Origin: a virus
IMG/VR virus record: IMGVR_UViG_3300045988_146228
Length of the DNA stretch: 42,632 nucleotides
Strand: one strand, 5' to 3'
In this document: positions 32,182-41,022 of the stretch, one piece after another
Numbering within the stretch: the stretch's first letter is position 1
Layout of the letters: every line of letters starts with the position of its first letter
Notes under the pieces: generated by a model
Database searches by the model: none
What the model was told of the DNA's origin: nothing
The model's input: only the letters and a program-made list of their open reading frames with translations
Made by a program: the position numbers and the translations under genes

Positions 32182-34332
32182 ATGAGATTTCAGAAAGAAG
32201 TGAATATTTTTGCGCCGGATGCGATTCTAAAGCGATTTCAGGCGAATGAGACAAATTTTTCTGTTGTCAAAGGCAAGATAGAGGCCTTGATCAGCGAAAG
32301 CGAAATCCTCGAACTGCAGAACAGCAAAGTAACAATGTACAGCAAACTCGCTGATGTGAAGCTTACTGTACATGGACTGGAGCAGACCTATACAGATATG
32401 GCATCGAAATATGATTCCGTAACCGGAAAGTATACGGATCTTGATGCCAAAGTTGCTGAGTATAAGTCAACTGTAGACGGATTCTCCTCAAATTTATCTC
32501 AGGTCAAATCAAATCTGAAGGATAACTATAGTACGACTACGACCATGAATACCGCGATACAGGGAAAAATAGATGAACTTTCACTGTCTGTATCTAATAC
32601 ATACGCCACAAGAGATGCGGTAGGAGCACTTGAAACATGGAAAAGCGAAGCTTCGCAGAAGATCACTGACAGCGCTATCGTATCAACAGTCACATCGAGC
32701 ACGGAATGGACAAAAAAGGCTGACAAAGCATCACTGATCAGTCAGATCAATCAGTCGGCAGAACAGATCAAGATCCGTGCAAGCATCATAGACCTGCAGG
32801 GCAACATCAGTATCACGGATATATCTAACGACGCTATGAATATTATCAAAAATTATAGCATCACAGCGCTATCAGATGCGAAAAAGTATACAGATGACTG
32901 TGATGTACTGGTTCTTAAAGACTCACAGGACTATACACGGACGTATACGCTAGCGGAAATCGGAAAGCTAGAAGCGTCTGGTGGAAACCTTGTGAAAGGA
33001 TATCGGTTATCAGCGGATAATGTAAAAACGTACTGGAATACAGTCGGGACCGTGAAAACAGGCCAGAATGATCCAGATGGTGGGAAAAATGCGGTAGTGA
33101 TTACTGCCGATGCAGACAACTGCATTCTTGCTGCAAAGCGGGACACAAACGCTGTACTCAATGCCACCGGACGATATACTATAACATTCTGGGCAAAAGC
33201 GTCAAAAGCACAGTCTATAGCATTCTCTTTCAATAAAGTGCGAGAAAGCATAGCGCTGACCACATCGTGGAAAAAGTTTTCATTCGTGAAAGATGTCACG
33301 AGCGTGGAAGAAACAGGAAGCCTGATCATGTTTGGCGGCGGGAATACGATTAGCACTGGCGATGGGAACATATACATCTACCGTCCAGATGTTCGGCATG
33401 GATATACATCAGAAGATGTTTTTAACCTTCTGACTAATAATGGAAAAATCGAGGGTATGTACATGACCGGTGGCAAGTTGTACTGGAACGGAGCTTACAT
33501 CAAGTCCAAGTCTATAACCACAGCTGCACTTGCGGCCGATAGTGTAACCGCGGAAAAAATTAAAGTAGACGATTTGTACTCCCTGAAAGCAAGCATAGCC
33601 GGATTCAAAATCTCATCAGATACGATATCACATCAGAGTACTACAAAACCTGCAAGTGGCATCGGACAGACTTATTACGACACATATTTTTCATCCAAGA
33701 ATAAACGTCTTACTTTTCGAAAGGGTCCCGGAACATCTGATTATATGACGTTCAGCATAAATGGTCTAAGAACCAGCAACTGGAAATGCTTAGATCTGAT
33801 ATCGGATGCGGATACAGAGGCTGGTGGTGATTTTACCAGCGGAAACCATCACTCTTTAGGATGCACAAATATTTACGGAGCACTATATGTTGCAGAAGGC
33901 CTCAGAGTTGCCGGAACTAAACAGGCAGTTCGCCAAACAGAAAACTACGGAGAAAAAGGAGTTTACTGCTACGAAACTCCAACACCACTGTTTGGAGATA
34001 TCGGATCCGGAGAGATATCAGAAGATGGAAAATGTTATATTGACATCGAAGATATCCTGAAAGAGATGATCAACACAGGAATACAGTACTATGTTTTTTT
34101 ACAGAAGCGCGGAGAAGGAGATCTGTATGTTTCGGAATGCCGTCAGGATTATTTTTTAGTAACCGGTACACCTGGTCTTAGATTTTTTTGGGAATTGAAA
34201 GCAAAACAGAAAGGCTATGAGTACAACCGGTATGAAGGCGAGGATAGAATGGTAGGATTTAAACAGATAGCATATGACGATGAGTACCTGAACGATATAG
34301 AAAAACTCATCGAGGAAAGAGAGGGAATATGA
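32182..34332 (+). CDS. Tail fibre / receptor-binding protein (coiled-coil N-terminus, CBM-like central domain, conserved C-terminal domain)
   Basis: AAAGGAGGTG RBS; 716 aa; heptad-rich aa 30-220; ...YCYETPTPLFGDIGSGEISEDGKCYIDIED... C-terminal module common in Firmicutes prophage fibres. Confidence 0.8.
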   Translation: MRFQKEVNIFAPDAILKRFQANETNFSVVKGKIEALISESEILELQNSKVTMYSKLADVKLTVHGLEQTYTDMASKYDSVTGKYTDLDAKVAEYKSTVDGFSSNLSQVKSNLKDNYSTTTTMNTAIQGKIDELSLSVSNTYATRDAVGALETWKSEASQKITDSAIVSTVTSSTEWTKKADKASLISQINQSAEQIKIRASIIDLQGNISITDISNDAMNIIKNYSITALSDAKKYTDDCDVLVLKDSQDYTRTYTLAEIGKLEASGGNLVKGYRLSADNVKTYWNTVGTVKTGQNDPDGGKNAVVITADADNCILAAKRDTNAVLNATGRYTITFWAKASKAQSIAFSFNKVRESIALTTSWKKFSFVKDVTSVEETGSLIMFGGGNTISTGDGNIYIYRPDVRHGYTSEDVFNLLTNNGKIEGMYMTGGKLYWNGAYIKSKSITTAALAADSVTAEKIKVDDLYSLKASIAGFKISSDTISHQSTTKPASGIGQTYYDTYFSSKNKRLTFRKGPGTSDYMTFSINGLRTSNWKCLDLISDADTEAGGDFTSGNHHSLGCTNIYGALYVAEGLRVAGTKQAVRQTENYGEKGVYCYETPTPLFGDIGSGEISEDGKCYIDIEDILKEMINTGIQYYVFLQKRGEGDLYVSECRQDYFLVTGTPGLRFFWELKAKQKGYEYNRYEGEDRMVGFKQIAYDDEYLNDIEKLIEEREGI

Positions 34333-34526
34333 AAGTATTAACAAGCTTTATAGCGCTGAATACAGGAGAGGGAGAAAGAATCTCTTTTACCTATTCGGAA
34401 GTAGCTGAAGACGGAACAATCATCAGTCAGAACAACAAGAAAAACTTCCTGGTACTCAATAAAGAGCTGAAAAATCATATCAGTGAAATCAAAAAGTACA
34501 TCGAAGATACACACCTGACAGAATAG
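34329..34526 (+). CDS. Small protein after the fibre gene (XkdX-like position)
   Basis: ATGA overlap with the fibre gene, 65 aa. Confidence 0.55.
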   Translation: MKVLTSFIALNTGEGERISFTYSEVAEDGTIISQNNKKNFLVLNKELKNHISEIKKYIEDTHLTE

Positions 34527-34551
34527 GAGATGAGAATATGAAAATCAGAGC

Positions 34552-34575
34552 AGAGCCGGAAGGCTCTTATTTTTA
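34552..34575 (+). terminator. Rho-independent terminator
   Basis: AGAGCC-GGAA-GGCTCT followed by TATTTTTAT. Confidence 0.65.
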
Positions 34576-34584
34576 TACTTAAAA

Positions 34585-34598
34585 TTGCGCCGGCGCAA
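34585..34598. repeat. Palindrome TTGCGCCGGCGCAA, copy 4 (intergenic, 20 nt upstream of the holin ATG; 16-bp palindrome here)
   Basis: Exact palindrome located between a terminator and an RBS. Confidence 0.9.
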
Positions 34599-34618
34599 TA
34601 CCGGAGAAAGGGAAAATA

Positions 34619-35092
34619 ATGAAAGAAAATCACATCAAAGCAATTTTTACAGCTATCTTTGCACTGATCAGTTCCGTACTGGGGGTACTGACAGTGCCGG
34701 TCCTCCTTATGGTGGCCTGCAATGTTCTCGACTATGCCACAGGTCTTATGGCATCTACATACAGAGCTGAGGATATCAATTCATACAAAAGCATTCGTGG
34801 AATCATGAAAAAAGTGAGCATGTGGCTCCTGGTGATTGTAGGAGCAATCATTGATCAGCTTCTTTTATATGCTTCCCAGACTGCAGGCATCACTTTACCA
34901 TTTACATTCCTGGTGGCCTGCATTGTGGCAATCTGGATTATTTGCAACGAGATCATTAGTATCCTGGAGAATATCAAAGATATGGGAGTAACAATTCCAA
35001 CATTTCTGATTCCGCTTGTAACACATGTAAAGTCTCAGGTGGAAGATAAAGTTAATATCAATCCAGAAAACGAAGATTCAGAGGGCGAGTGA
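34619..35092 (+). CDS. Holin (phage_holin_4_1 / LL-H-TcdE-like)
   Basis: Three to four TM segments; ...VLDYATGLMAS...KSIRGIMKKVSMWLLVIVGAIID...; directly upstream of the endolysin gene. Confidence 0.85.
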   Translation: MKENHIKAIFTAIFALISSVLGVLTVPVLLMVACNVLDYATGLMASTYRAEDINSYKSIRGIMKKVSMWLLVIVGAIIDQLLLYASQTAGITLPFTFLVACIVAIWIICNEIISILENIKDMGVTIPTFLIPLVTHVKSQVEDKVNINPENEDSEGE

Positions 35093-35114
35093 TCGTCCTC
35101 TTAGGAGGAAGAAC

Positions 35115-36416
35115 ATGTTAAAGATCATGGGAAAATCACAGGCCAGCATTGACCAGATGAGGGCCTACATTAAAAAAGTAAATCCGCAGGTGTCCGATTC
35201 GGTCACAAAGATGATTCCGTTATATATCACAGAAGGAGCTGCAGAAGGAGTTCGCGGAGATATTGCCTTCGCTCAGAGCTGCCTGGAGACAGGAAACTTC
35301 ACATTTGCAGGTTCAGCAGTAACTTTCGATCAGAATAACCTCTGCGGTCTTGGTGTAACTAAAACCGGTATGAAGGGCAACAGCTTCAGAACACCGGCAG
35401 AAGGCATCCGTGCACAGATCCAGCACCTGCAGGCCTACGCATCCACAGATCGGCTGAAGAACCGTTGCGTGGATCCACGCTATACATACGTCAACAGAGG
35501 CTGTGCGCCTTATGTGGAGTGGCTTGGGATCCAGGAAAATCCCAAAGGACAGGGCTGGGCATCCGGAAAGAACTATGGACAGAAAATCATCAATATCCTG
35601 AACGGCATATTATCTATTAAGGCATCAAAGAAGGCATTAAAAACAGAAAAGGAGAGTGTTACCATGAACATTATCAAAATGATCAGCAAGAAGAACTGCT
35701 ATATCGGCCAGAACAAACCTGCTTACATCGTGATCCACGAGACAGACAACTGGAGCAAGGGCGCAGGTGCAAAAGCCCATGCTACAGCCATGAAGAATGG
35801 CAATCTGGCCGGAACCGTGCACTACTATGTAGATTCCAAGTCTGTTTACCAGACACTCGATCACAATGACGGAGCCTGGGCCGTGGGAGATGGAAAAGGA
35901 AAATACGGTATCACAAACCGTAACTCTATCAACATCGAGATTTGTGTAAATCCGGAAACAGACTACTATAAAGCGGTAGATAAGGCGGAGCAGCTGGCAG
36001 CACAGCTTCTGAAGCAGTATGGATGGGGAACAGATCGCCTGAAACGCCACTATGATGCTTCCAGGAAGAACTGCCCGCGCCGGATCCAGGCAGAAGGACG
36101 CTGGCCGGAATTTGTAAAAAAGACTGTAGCATATATGAAGGGAGCAACGACAGTGAAGAATACGACAACAAAGAACACCGTAACATTAACCGACAAGATT
36201 GAAGTCCAGTTCCCGGTTATTCAGAAAGGCAGCAAAGGAACGGCTGTGTCCATGCTGCAGGCTATGCTCGGAGTAAAGGTGGATGGTGATTTCGGAAACG
36301 ATACAGATACCTCGCTGAAAGTATTTCAGAAAAATGTAAAGCTCACAGCAGACGGGATTTGCGGAAAAGACACTTGGACAAAGGTGATTGAACACATGAA
36401 GGTCAACACAAAATAA
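35115..36416 (+). CDS. Endolysin: N-terminal glucosaminidase, central Amidase_2, C-terminal PG_binding_1
   Basis: FAQSCLETGNF (glucosaminidase); IVIHETDN...NSINIEICVN...RKNCPRRI (amidase_2); GSKGTAVSMLQAMLGVKVDGDFGNDT...LTADGICGKDTW (PG binding). Confidence 0.9.
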   Translation: MLKIMGKSQASIDQMRAYIKKVNPQVSDSVTKMIPLYITEGAAEGVRGDIAFAQSCLETGNFTFAGSAVTFDQNNLCGLGVTKTGMKGNSFRTPAEGIRAQIQHLQAYASTDRLKNRCVDPRYTYVNRGCAPYVEWLGIQENPKGQGWASGKNYGQKIINILNGILSIKASKKALKTEKESVTMNIIKMISKKNCYIGQNKPAYIVIHETDNWSKGAGAKAHATAMKNGNLAGTVHYYVDSKSVYQTLDHNDGAWAVGDGKGKYGITNRNSINIEICVNPETDYYKAVDKAEQLAAQLLKQYGWGTDRLKRHYDASRKNCPRRIQAEGRWPEFVKKTVAYMKGATTVKNTTTKNTVTLTDKIEVQFPVIQKGSKGTAVSMLQAMLGVKVDGDFGNDTDTSLKVFQKNVKLTADGICGKDTWTKVIEHMKVNTK

Positions 36417-36433
36417 CTTCCTATTATAAAAAA

Positions 36434-36458
36434 GTCCGGCAGGTACCCACTGCCGGAC
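36434..36458. terminator. Bidirectional terminator hairpin between the convergent endolysin and integrase genes
   Basis: GTCCGGCAG-GTACCCA-CTGCCGGAC; the A-run on the + side gives a T-run on the minus strand. Confidence 0.7.
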
Positions 36459-36514
36459 GGATATTGTATCATCATTTATGTGCTAATGTGTAGGTACATA
36501 AAGGCTACCTACAC

Positions 36515-38083
36515 TTACTTTTGCTGGATTTTCGGATAAATATCTAAAGTAAAAGAGATGTCATCGCCATTTTTCCATGTATTTTTTGCGTTTTTAGTAT
36601 AAACAGCCTTTTCTATCAATTCACGGAGAAATCGGTTCTTTGTAGAGGTATCCCACGTCCAGTAATTTGCGAGAAGATCCTCGCACTTGGGAATAAAAGA
36701 GGAACGTTGAAACTGAAGTTCCTGTTCATGTTCAATTTCTTGCTTCAGAGAAAGAATTACTGCATCGCAGGCAGACAGCTCGGCAGCAGTAGCACGGGAG
36801 CGTTCAAGAAATTCTTCCGTGGAGTAAATTCCCTGTTCAAGAAGATCGTACTGCCTTTGTTTTCTTTTCTTTAAAATATCAATTTCTTTTAATTTTCCTT
36901 GAATCATTTTTTCTCCTTCAGAAATAGAAAGAGAATACTCCTGATCGGAAACACTGTTATTTAGTCTGTAGCCATCTACAAGCTCTTGGATTCCGTCAAG
37001 AAGAGCTTTTTCAACAAGAGGAAGCTTGCTGCTTATATTGCTACAAGAACTGTATGGGCACCGGATCAGATCACCCTGTCTTCCGTTAGGGGATTTACGA
37101 GTCATAACATGATCACATTTTCCACAACGAACAATACCGGCAAGAGGGTTACGAAGAACATGCAAAGAGTTAAGCGGCCGTGCAGGATTTTTGTTTACGA
37201 TATCTTGAGCTTGCTGAAAGAGTTCCCTTGATACAATAGCAGGATGCCTGCCTTTGACAAGAATATAATCCTGAGCGAAAGGACGGGAGATAGTTATTTG
37301 CCCATCCTTTATATGCTTTACTGCTTTCCGACTGTTCCATCGTATCATTCCTTCATATACTGGATTTCTGAGGATTGCCTGCACACGAGAAATGGTCCAT
37401 AGGCCACCATCCATGGTCTTGATTCCGGAATCATTTAATTTACGGCAGATCTTAGCCATTCCAATTCGTTCGCCGGATACTCCATGGACATATAAATTGA
37501 ATATAAGCTTGACAATCTCTGCCTGGTCAGGAACAGGCTGCAATGTCCATCCTTTTTCACCAACAAGTTTTACACGGGAATATCCATAAGGCGGCTTACT
37601 GCCGCAATATTTTCCTTCTTTTGCGGAAGATTCGCGACCCGCAGTGAGACGGCGGCGAATGGTCTTGTATTCACGCCGGGACATAAAAAGTCCGAATTCA
37701 AAATACTCTTCGTCGTATTCGTTGTTTGGATCGTAAGTTTTAAGTGGAGTAATGATTAATGTGTTGGAGTATTGGAAAGATCTGGCAACAACACCCTGGT
37801 CAATGGTATCGCCCCTGGCCAGACGTTCCACTTCAACAACAAGGACGCCATCCCACATACCGGATTCAACTTCCCGAAGAAGTTGTTGCATAACAGGTCT
37901 GGCAGAAATCGTCTCATCGGATACGATCTCTTTATAGATTGCTCCTACATTATAGCCACGCTTTTTGGCAAGATCCAGCAGAATCCGCTCATGTCGGGCG
38001 AGAGTTTCGCCTTCGCCCCTGGCTTCAGCCTCCCGATCAGCACGGGACTTACGCAGGTAGATACATACATTTAAAAGTTCCAT
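36515..38083 (-). CDS. int: Large serine recombinase (phage integrase)
   Basis: Start MELLNVCIYLRKSRADRE after GAGGTG; resolvase catalytic domain, recombinase domain, zinc ribbon (CGKCDH...CPYSSC), C-terminal coiled-coil. Confidence 0.9.
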   Translation of the reverse strand: MELLNVCIYLRKSRADREAEARGEGETLARHERILLDLAKKRGYNVGAIYKEIVSDETISARPVMQQLLREVESGMWDGVLVVEVERLARGDTIDQGVVARSFQYSNTLIITPLKTYDPNNEYDEEYFEFGLFMSRREYKTIRRRLTAGRESSAKEGKYCGSKPPYGYSRVKLVGEKGWTLQPVPDQAEIVKLIFNLYVHGVSGERIGMAKICRKLNDSGIKTMDGGLWTISRVQAILRNPVYEGMIRWNSRKAVKHIKDGQITISRPFAQDYILVKGRHPAIVSRELFQQAQDIVNKNPARPLNSLHVLRNPLAGIVRCGKCDHVMTRKSPNGRQGDLIRCPYSSCSNISSKLPLVEKALLDGIQELVDGYRLNNSVSDQEYSLSISEGEKMIQGKLKEIDILKKRKQRQYDLLEQGIYSTEEFLERSRATAAELSACDAVILSLKQEIEHEQELQFQRSSFIPKCEDLLANYWTWDTSTKNRFLRELIEKAVYTKNAKNTWKNGDDISFTLDIYPKIQQK

Positions 38084-38250
38084 AATATCACCTCGGTTTA
38101 AAATATGTAAAAATGGGTACAAAAATAACGACCACACAAACGTTCTGATTGTGCAGCCGCTCCGAAGATGATACAATATTTTTGCGAAATGAGGTATCTC
38201 TTCGGAGATCCACCACCGTCCCGGTATTGGCGTACTGGGGCGGTTTTTAT

Positions 38251-39696
38251 TTATTTTGATTCAGATTCAATTAAAGATAAAGTTTGCCGATATTCTTTTG
38301 CAACGGGAACTTTTGTAAAATTTGCAATGTCATTAAAGTTATCATGAACAACCTTTTCAATCTCATCAAGAGATACATGGAAAAATTCTTTTCGAAGATT
38401 TACACGGTTGATGCTTTGCTTTTCAAAGTGTTTATGTAAGAGAGCTTCCAATTCCGGTGCATTTTCAGAAAAAATCATAGCATGCACATCAAATTCAAAT
38501 GGAACCGAAGCACTGCTGAGCTCCTTTATTCTATCCATTGGTTCGAGGCGACGTGTCATTCCAATTTTATAAATATCTTCTCCGAATGAACCAATATTTG
38601 AAATAACATACACAAATCCGGCTTTTGCATTCGCTTCTCTGTCCAGTACATTTTTCTTATCGGCCTCTAAATCTCGTAATTTATCTTCAAGTTCTTTGAT
38701 TTTATCAATGTATAATTGTTTTTCAACATCACTGGAAGTTTTTTGCATATATGCCATAAGCTTTTTTACTTCGTTATTAAATTGATTACAATCCTTATCA
38801 ATTTTAGCTTTCTGACGTTCAATTTCACGGCGTACCTTTTCTTCCTCTACCATTTGCTCTTTAATAGCTTTTTGTCGTTCTTTTTCTTGCTGTTGCTTTA
38901 ACTGAAAAGTATATGTTAAATTGAGTTCTTCTAATTTTATCTCAAGTAGCTTAGAATTTAAAACAACGCCATCGATTTCAAAAATCTTATTGAGACTCTC
39001 AAAAGATTTTGCTATCTTGGATCGTACAGAATCAATATTTTTGACAGACAAATTTAATAATAAATTTGTACACTCAGCCTGAAAACACCGTAAAATCTGT
39101 TTCTTGTTATCATTAGTAGCTTTCCTCGAACTTGAAAATGAAATATCAAAAGCATTGCCGGACTTTATTAATTCTTGTTCTTCATTCTTTAAAATGACAA
39201 GCTTACTTTTACAATCTTCCGAGAAAAGTCCATCATATTCAGCAAAATTATAGTGATCTACAAGAACCGCAGCAGTTAACTGGTCAGATTCCTGGGATAA
39301 GTTACTTATTTCTTGTTTTAACAGGTCTATTTGTTGAGTGTACTCTGTTTCTTTAAGGGATAACTTATTCCAATTTGCTTTATACTGATTCTCCAAAGAG
39401 GATTCTTTTTCGTGGTATTCATCATCTAACTGTTCCTGCTTATCGGAAAAATCTTTCTCTAACTCTATTTGCTTATTGGAAAAATCTTCTTCAAGTTTGT
39501 TTGTTTTTGCAACTATTTCATCATATGTACCATATGCAGATAGCAATCTTTTGTTATCTTTCGCTTGAATAATAATTAATGCAATACCAACAACAAGTAT
39601 TATTAGTCCAGCGATAGGTACCATTACAATGAAAAAGAATGCAATGAAGAAAAGTAATGCAATAAACCATGTTTGTAAGTACCATTTCTTTTTCAT
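38251..39696 (-). CDS. Membrane-anchored coiled-coil protein with DUF4041-like region and C-terminal T5orf172/MUG113 (GIY-YIG-like) domain
   Basis: N-terminal TM helices (WFIALLFFIAFFFIVMVPIAGLIILVVGIALIII); long Glu/Lys coiled-coil; C-terminus GFVYVISN...YKIGMTRRLEPMDRIKELSSASVPFEFDVHAMIFSENAPELEALLHKHF. Confidence 0.7.
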   Translation of the reverse strand: MKKKWYLQTWFIALLFFIAFFFIVMVPIAGLIILVVGIALIIIQAKDNKRLLSAYGTYDEIVAKTNKLEEDFSNKQIELEKDFSDKQEQLDDEYHEKESSLENQYKANWNKLSLKETEYTQQIDLLKQEISNLSQESDQLTAAVLVDHYNFAEYDGLFSEDCKSKLVILKNEEQELIKSGNAFDISFSSSRKATNDNKKQILRCFQAECTNLLLNLSVKNIDSVRSKIAKSFESLNKIFEIDGVVLNSKLLEIKLEELNLTYTFQLKQQQEKERQKAIKEQMVEEEKVRREIERQKAKIDKDCNQFNNEVKKLMAYMQKTSSDVEKQLYIDKIKELEDKLRDLEADKKNVLDREANAKAGFVYVISNIGSFGEDIYKIGMTRRLEPMDRIKELSSASVPFEFDVHAMIFSENAPELEALLHKHFEKQSINRVNLRKEFFHVSLDEIEKVVHDNFNDIANFTKVPVAKEYRQTLSLIESESK

Positions 39697-39783
39697 TAGT
39701 GTATTCTCCCTTTAAAATATAATATGCATAAACAATACGACGTTCCTTACAGAAAATCGCTTATTTGCGTTCTTTATTATAGA

Positions 39784-39818
39784 ATAAAAAAAGGTGTTGC
39801 CATAATGACAACACCTTT
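39784..39818 (-). terminator. Rho-independent terminator (minus strand)
   Basis: AAGGTGTTG-9 nt-CAACACCTT; on the minus strand it is followed by TTTTTTT. Confidence 0.7.
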
Positions 39819-39940
39819 AAGATGATCCAAGCAACAAGATGGGCGGCGTATCCATCATCTCAGGTACTCTTGCGAGTGTGTCGGGAGCCTTTCCGACCTT
39901 TACTACTTGGTTATTACTCTATGCCATCATTATGCATTTA

Positions 39941-40408
39941 TTATAAAACATCAATTCTCATCACAGCTAACTGCGGAATAAAATAGATTATATAATTATC
40001 CACAGCAACATACTGTCCGTATTTGGAACGGTAGCAGTCTATCACTTCAATGAGATAATCCTCCGGTACATCCAGATGTTCAGCTATCTCGTGAAGATTT
40101 CGGCAGCGGGCTTCATAGGCTTTGATGATCCCGATCAGGCCAACCCGGAGGTTATAGCCGTAAAGTCTGGCACGGTATTCCTGCTTCTGGTTCATCACAT
40201 CAGTTGACTGTTCCAGGATATTGCCAGTAGTGGTGTAGTGGTGACCAAGTTCTTCAGCCAGCACACAGGACTTTTCAGCCTGAGTGTCAATACTTTTTCG
40301 AATAGCAATGCGATTGCCACGGATCAGACCATCATGTTTTTGAAGTGGACGTTCTTTTACCGTAAGACCGGCCTGATCGGCAGTAGTTAAAAGTTGTTCG
40401 TAGGTCAA
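39941..40408 (-). CDS. ImmA/IrrE (DUF955)-like protein
   Basis: VLAEELGHHYTT (HExxH-like with Glu in place of the first His); TTG start; in the lysogeny module. Confidence 0.6.
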   Translation of the reverse strand: MTYEQLLTTADQAGLTVKERPLQKHDGLIRGNRIAIRKSIDTQAEKSCVLAEELGHHYTTTGNILEQSTDVMNQKQEYRARLYGYNLRVGLIGIIKAYEARCRNLHEIAEHLDVPEDYLIEVIDCYRSKYGQYVAVDNYIIYFIPQLAVMRIDVL

Positions 40409-40427
40409 ATAAATCAGTCCTTTTAAT

Positions 40428-40727
40428 TCAAATTACGGATTTTAAAGACGGATACGCATAACTATGCTCGTACATATACTCAGGAGCACAGTCAATATCT
40501 TCGTCCATCCAGGTGACAACTCCATCTACGATTTTGCAGTCTTTGAATATTTTTTCATCAGTTAATGGAGCGAAAGCGGGGCCGTTTAATACCGAAGCAT
40601 CAAAAAGTCTCTGCTCACCGGTTGAAAAAGTGAGGAGCATCATCATATCATCCAATGGCTTTGCTCCAATAATCTGTACATTTTCTGGGCGTTCACTGGC
40701 ATAAACAATTCCGTTTGAAATAAACAT
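40428..40727 (-). CDS. DUF2442-like protein
   Basis: Internal ATG after AAGGAGG; MFISNGIVYASERPENVQIIGAKPLDDMMMLLTFSTGEQRLFD... Confidence 0.6.
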   Translation of the reverse strand: MFISNGIVYASERPENVQIIGAKPLDDMMMLLTFSTGEQRLFDASVLNGPAFAPLTDEKIFKDCKIVDGVVTWMDEDIDCAPEYMYEHSYAYPSLKSVI

Positions 40728-40740
40728 AAAGAATTCCTCC

Positions 40741-41007
40741 TTACTGTAAAGGTTTAATCTTATCAAAGTGCTCGCCTCTGACAGCTTTGTTCCATGCTGC
40801 ATAAGCTTCATCTTCGTGCAAAGCAAGCCAACCGACCAGCATTTTAAACTGTTTTTGCGGAAGTGATCCGGCAAGCAGTTCGCCGTCAATACCGACAGAA
40901 GCTCTGTATTCACCATAAGTAACATGGACATGCGGCTTATTATGCTGGACAGTGTCATTAAATAACATTTTAATAACCATCCCCTCAAATCTACTTAATT
41001 CTGGCAT
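40741..41007 (-). CDS. DUF4160-like protein
   Basis: MPELSRFEGMVIKMLFNDTVQHNKPHVHVTYGEYRASVGIDGELLAGSLP matches the DUF4160 consensus pattern. Confidence 0.65.
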   Translation of the reverse strand: MPELSRFEGMVIKMLFNDTVQHNKPHVHVTYGEYRASVGIDGELLAGSLPQKQFKMLVGWLALHEDEAYAAWNKAVRGEHFDKIKPLQ

Positions 41008-41022
41008 ATGCATTTCCCCTTT

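Noticed and set aside
34585-34770. ORF 34585..34770, which starts inside the palindrome
   Set aside because: It overlaps the well-supported holin gene in another frame. It has no RBS and an Arg-rich artefactual N-terminus.
36515-38083. The serine recombinase as a Gin/Hin/Cin-type invertase for the fibre switch
   Set aside because: It is a ~520-aa large serine recombinase with recombinase, zinc-ribbon and coiled-coil domains. It lies at the canonical integrase position, 4 kb from the sites. A tyrosine recombinase lies inside the invertible region. I cannot formally exclude cross-talk.
36462-38180. A 13-bp inverted repeat (ATATTGTATCATC / GATGATACAATAT) flanking the integrase gene
   Set aside because: Exact 13-mers in inverted orientation are expected several times by chance in 42 kb of AT-rich sequence. 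One copy overlaps a -10-like TACAAT. The match does not extend further and has no supporting features.
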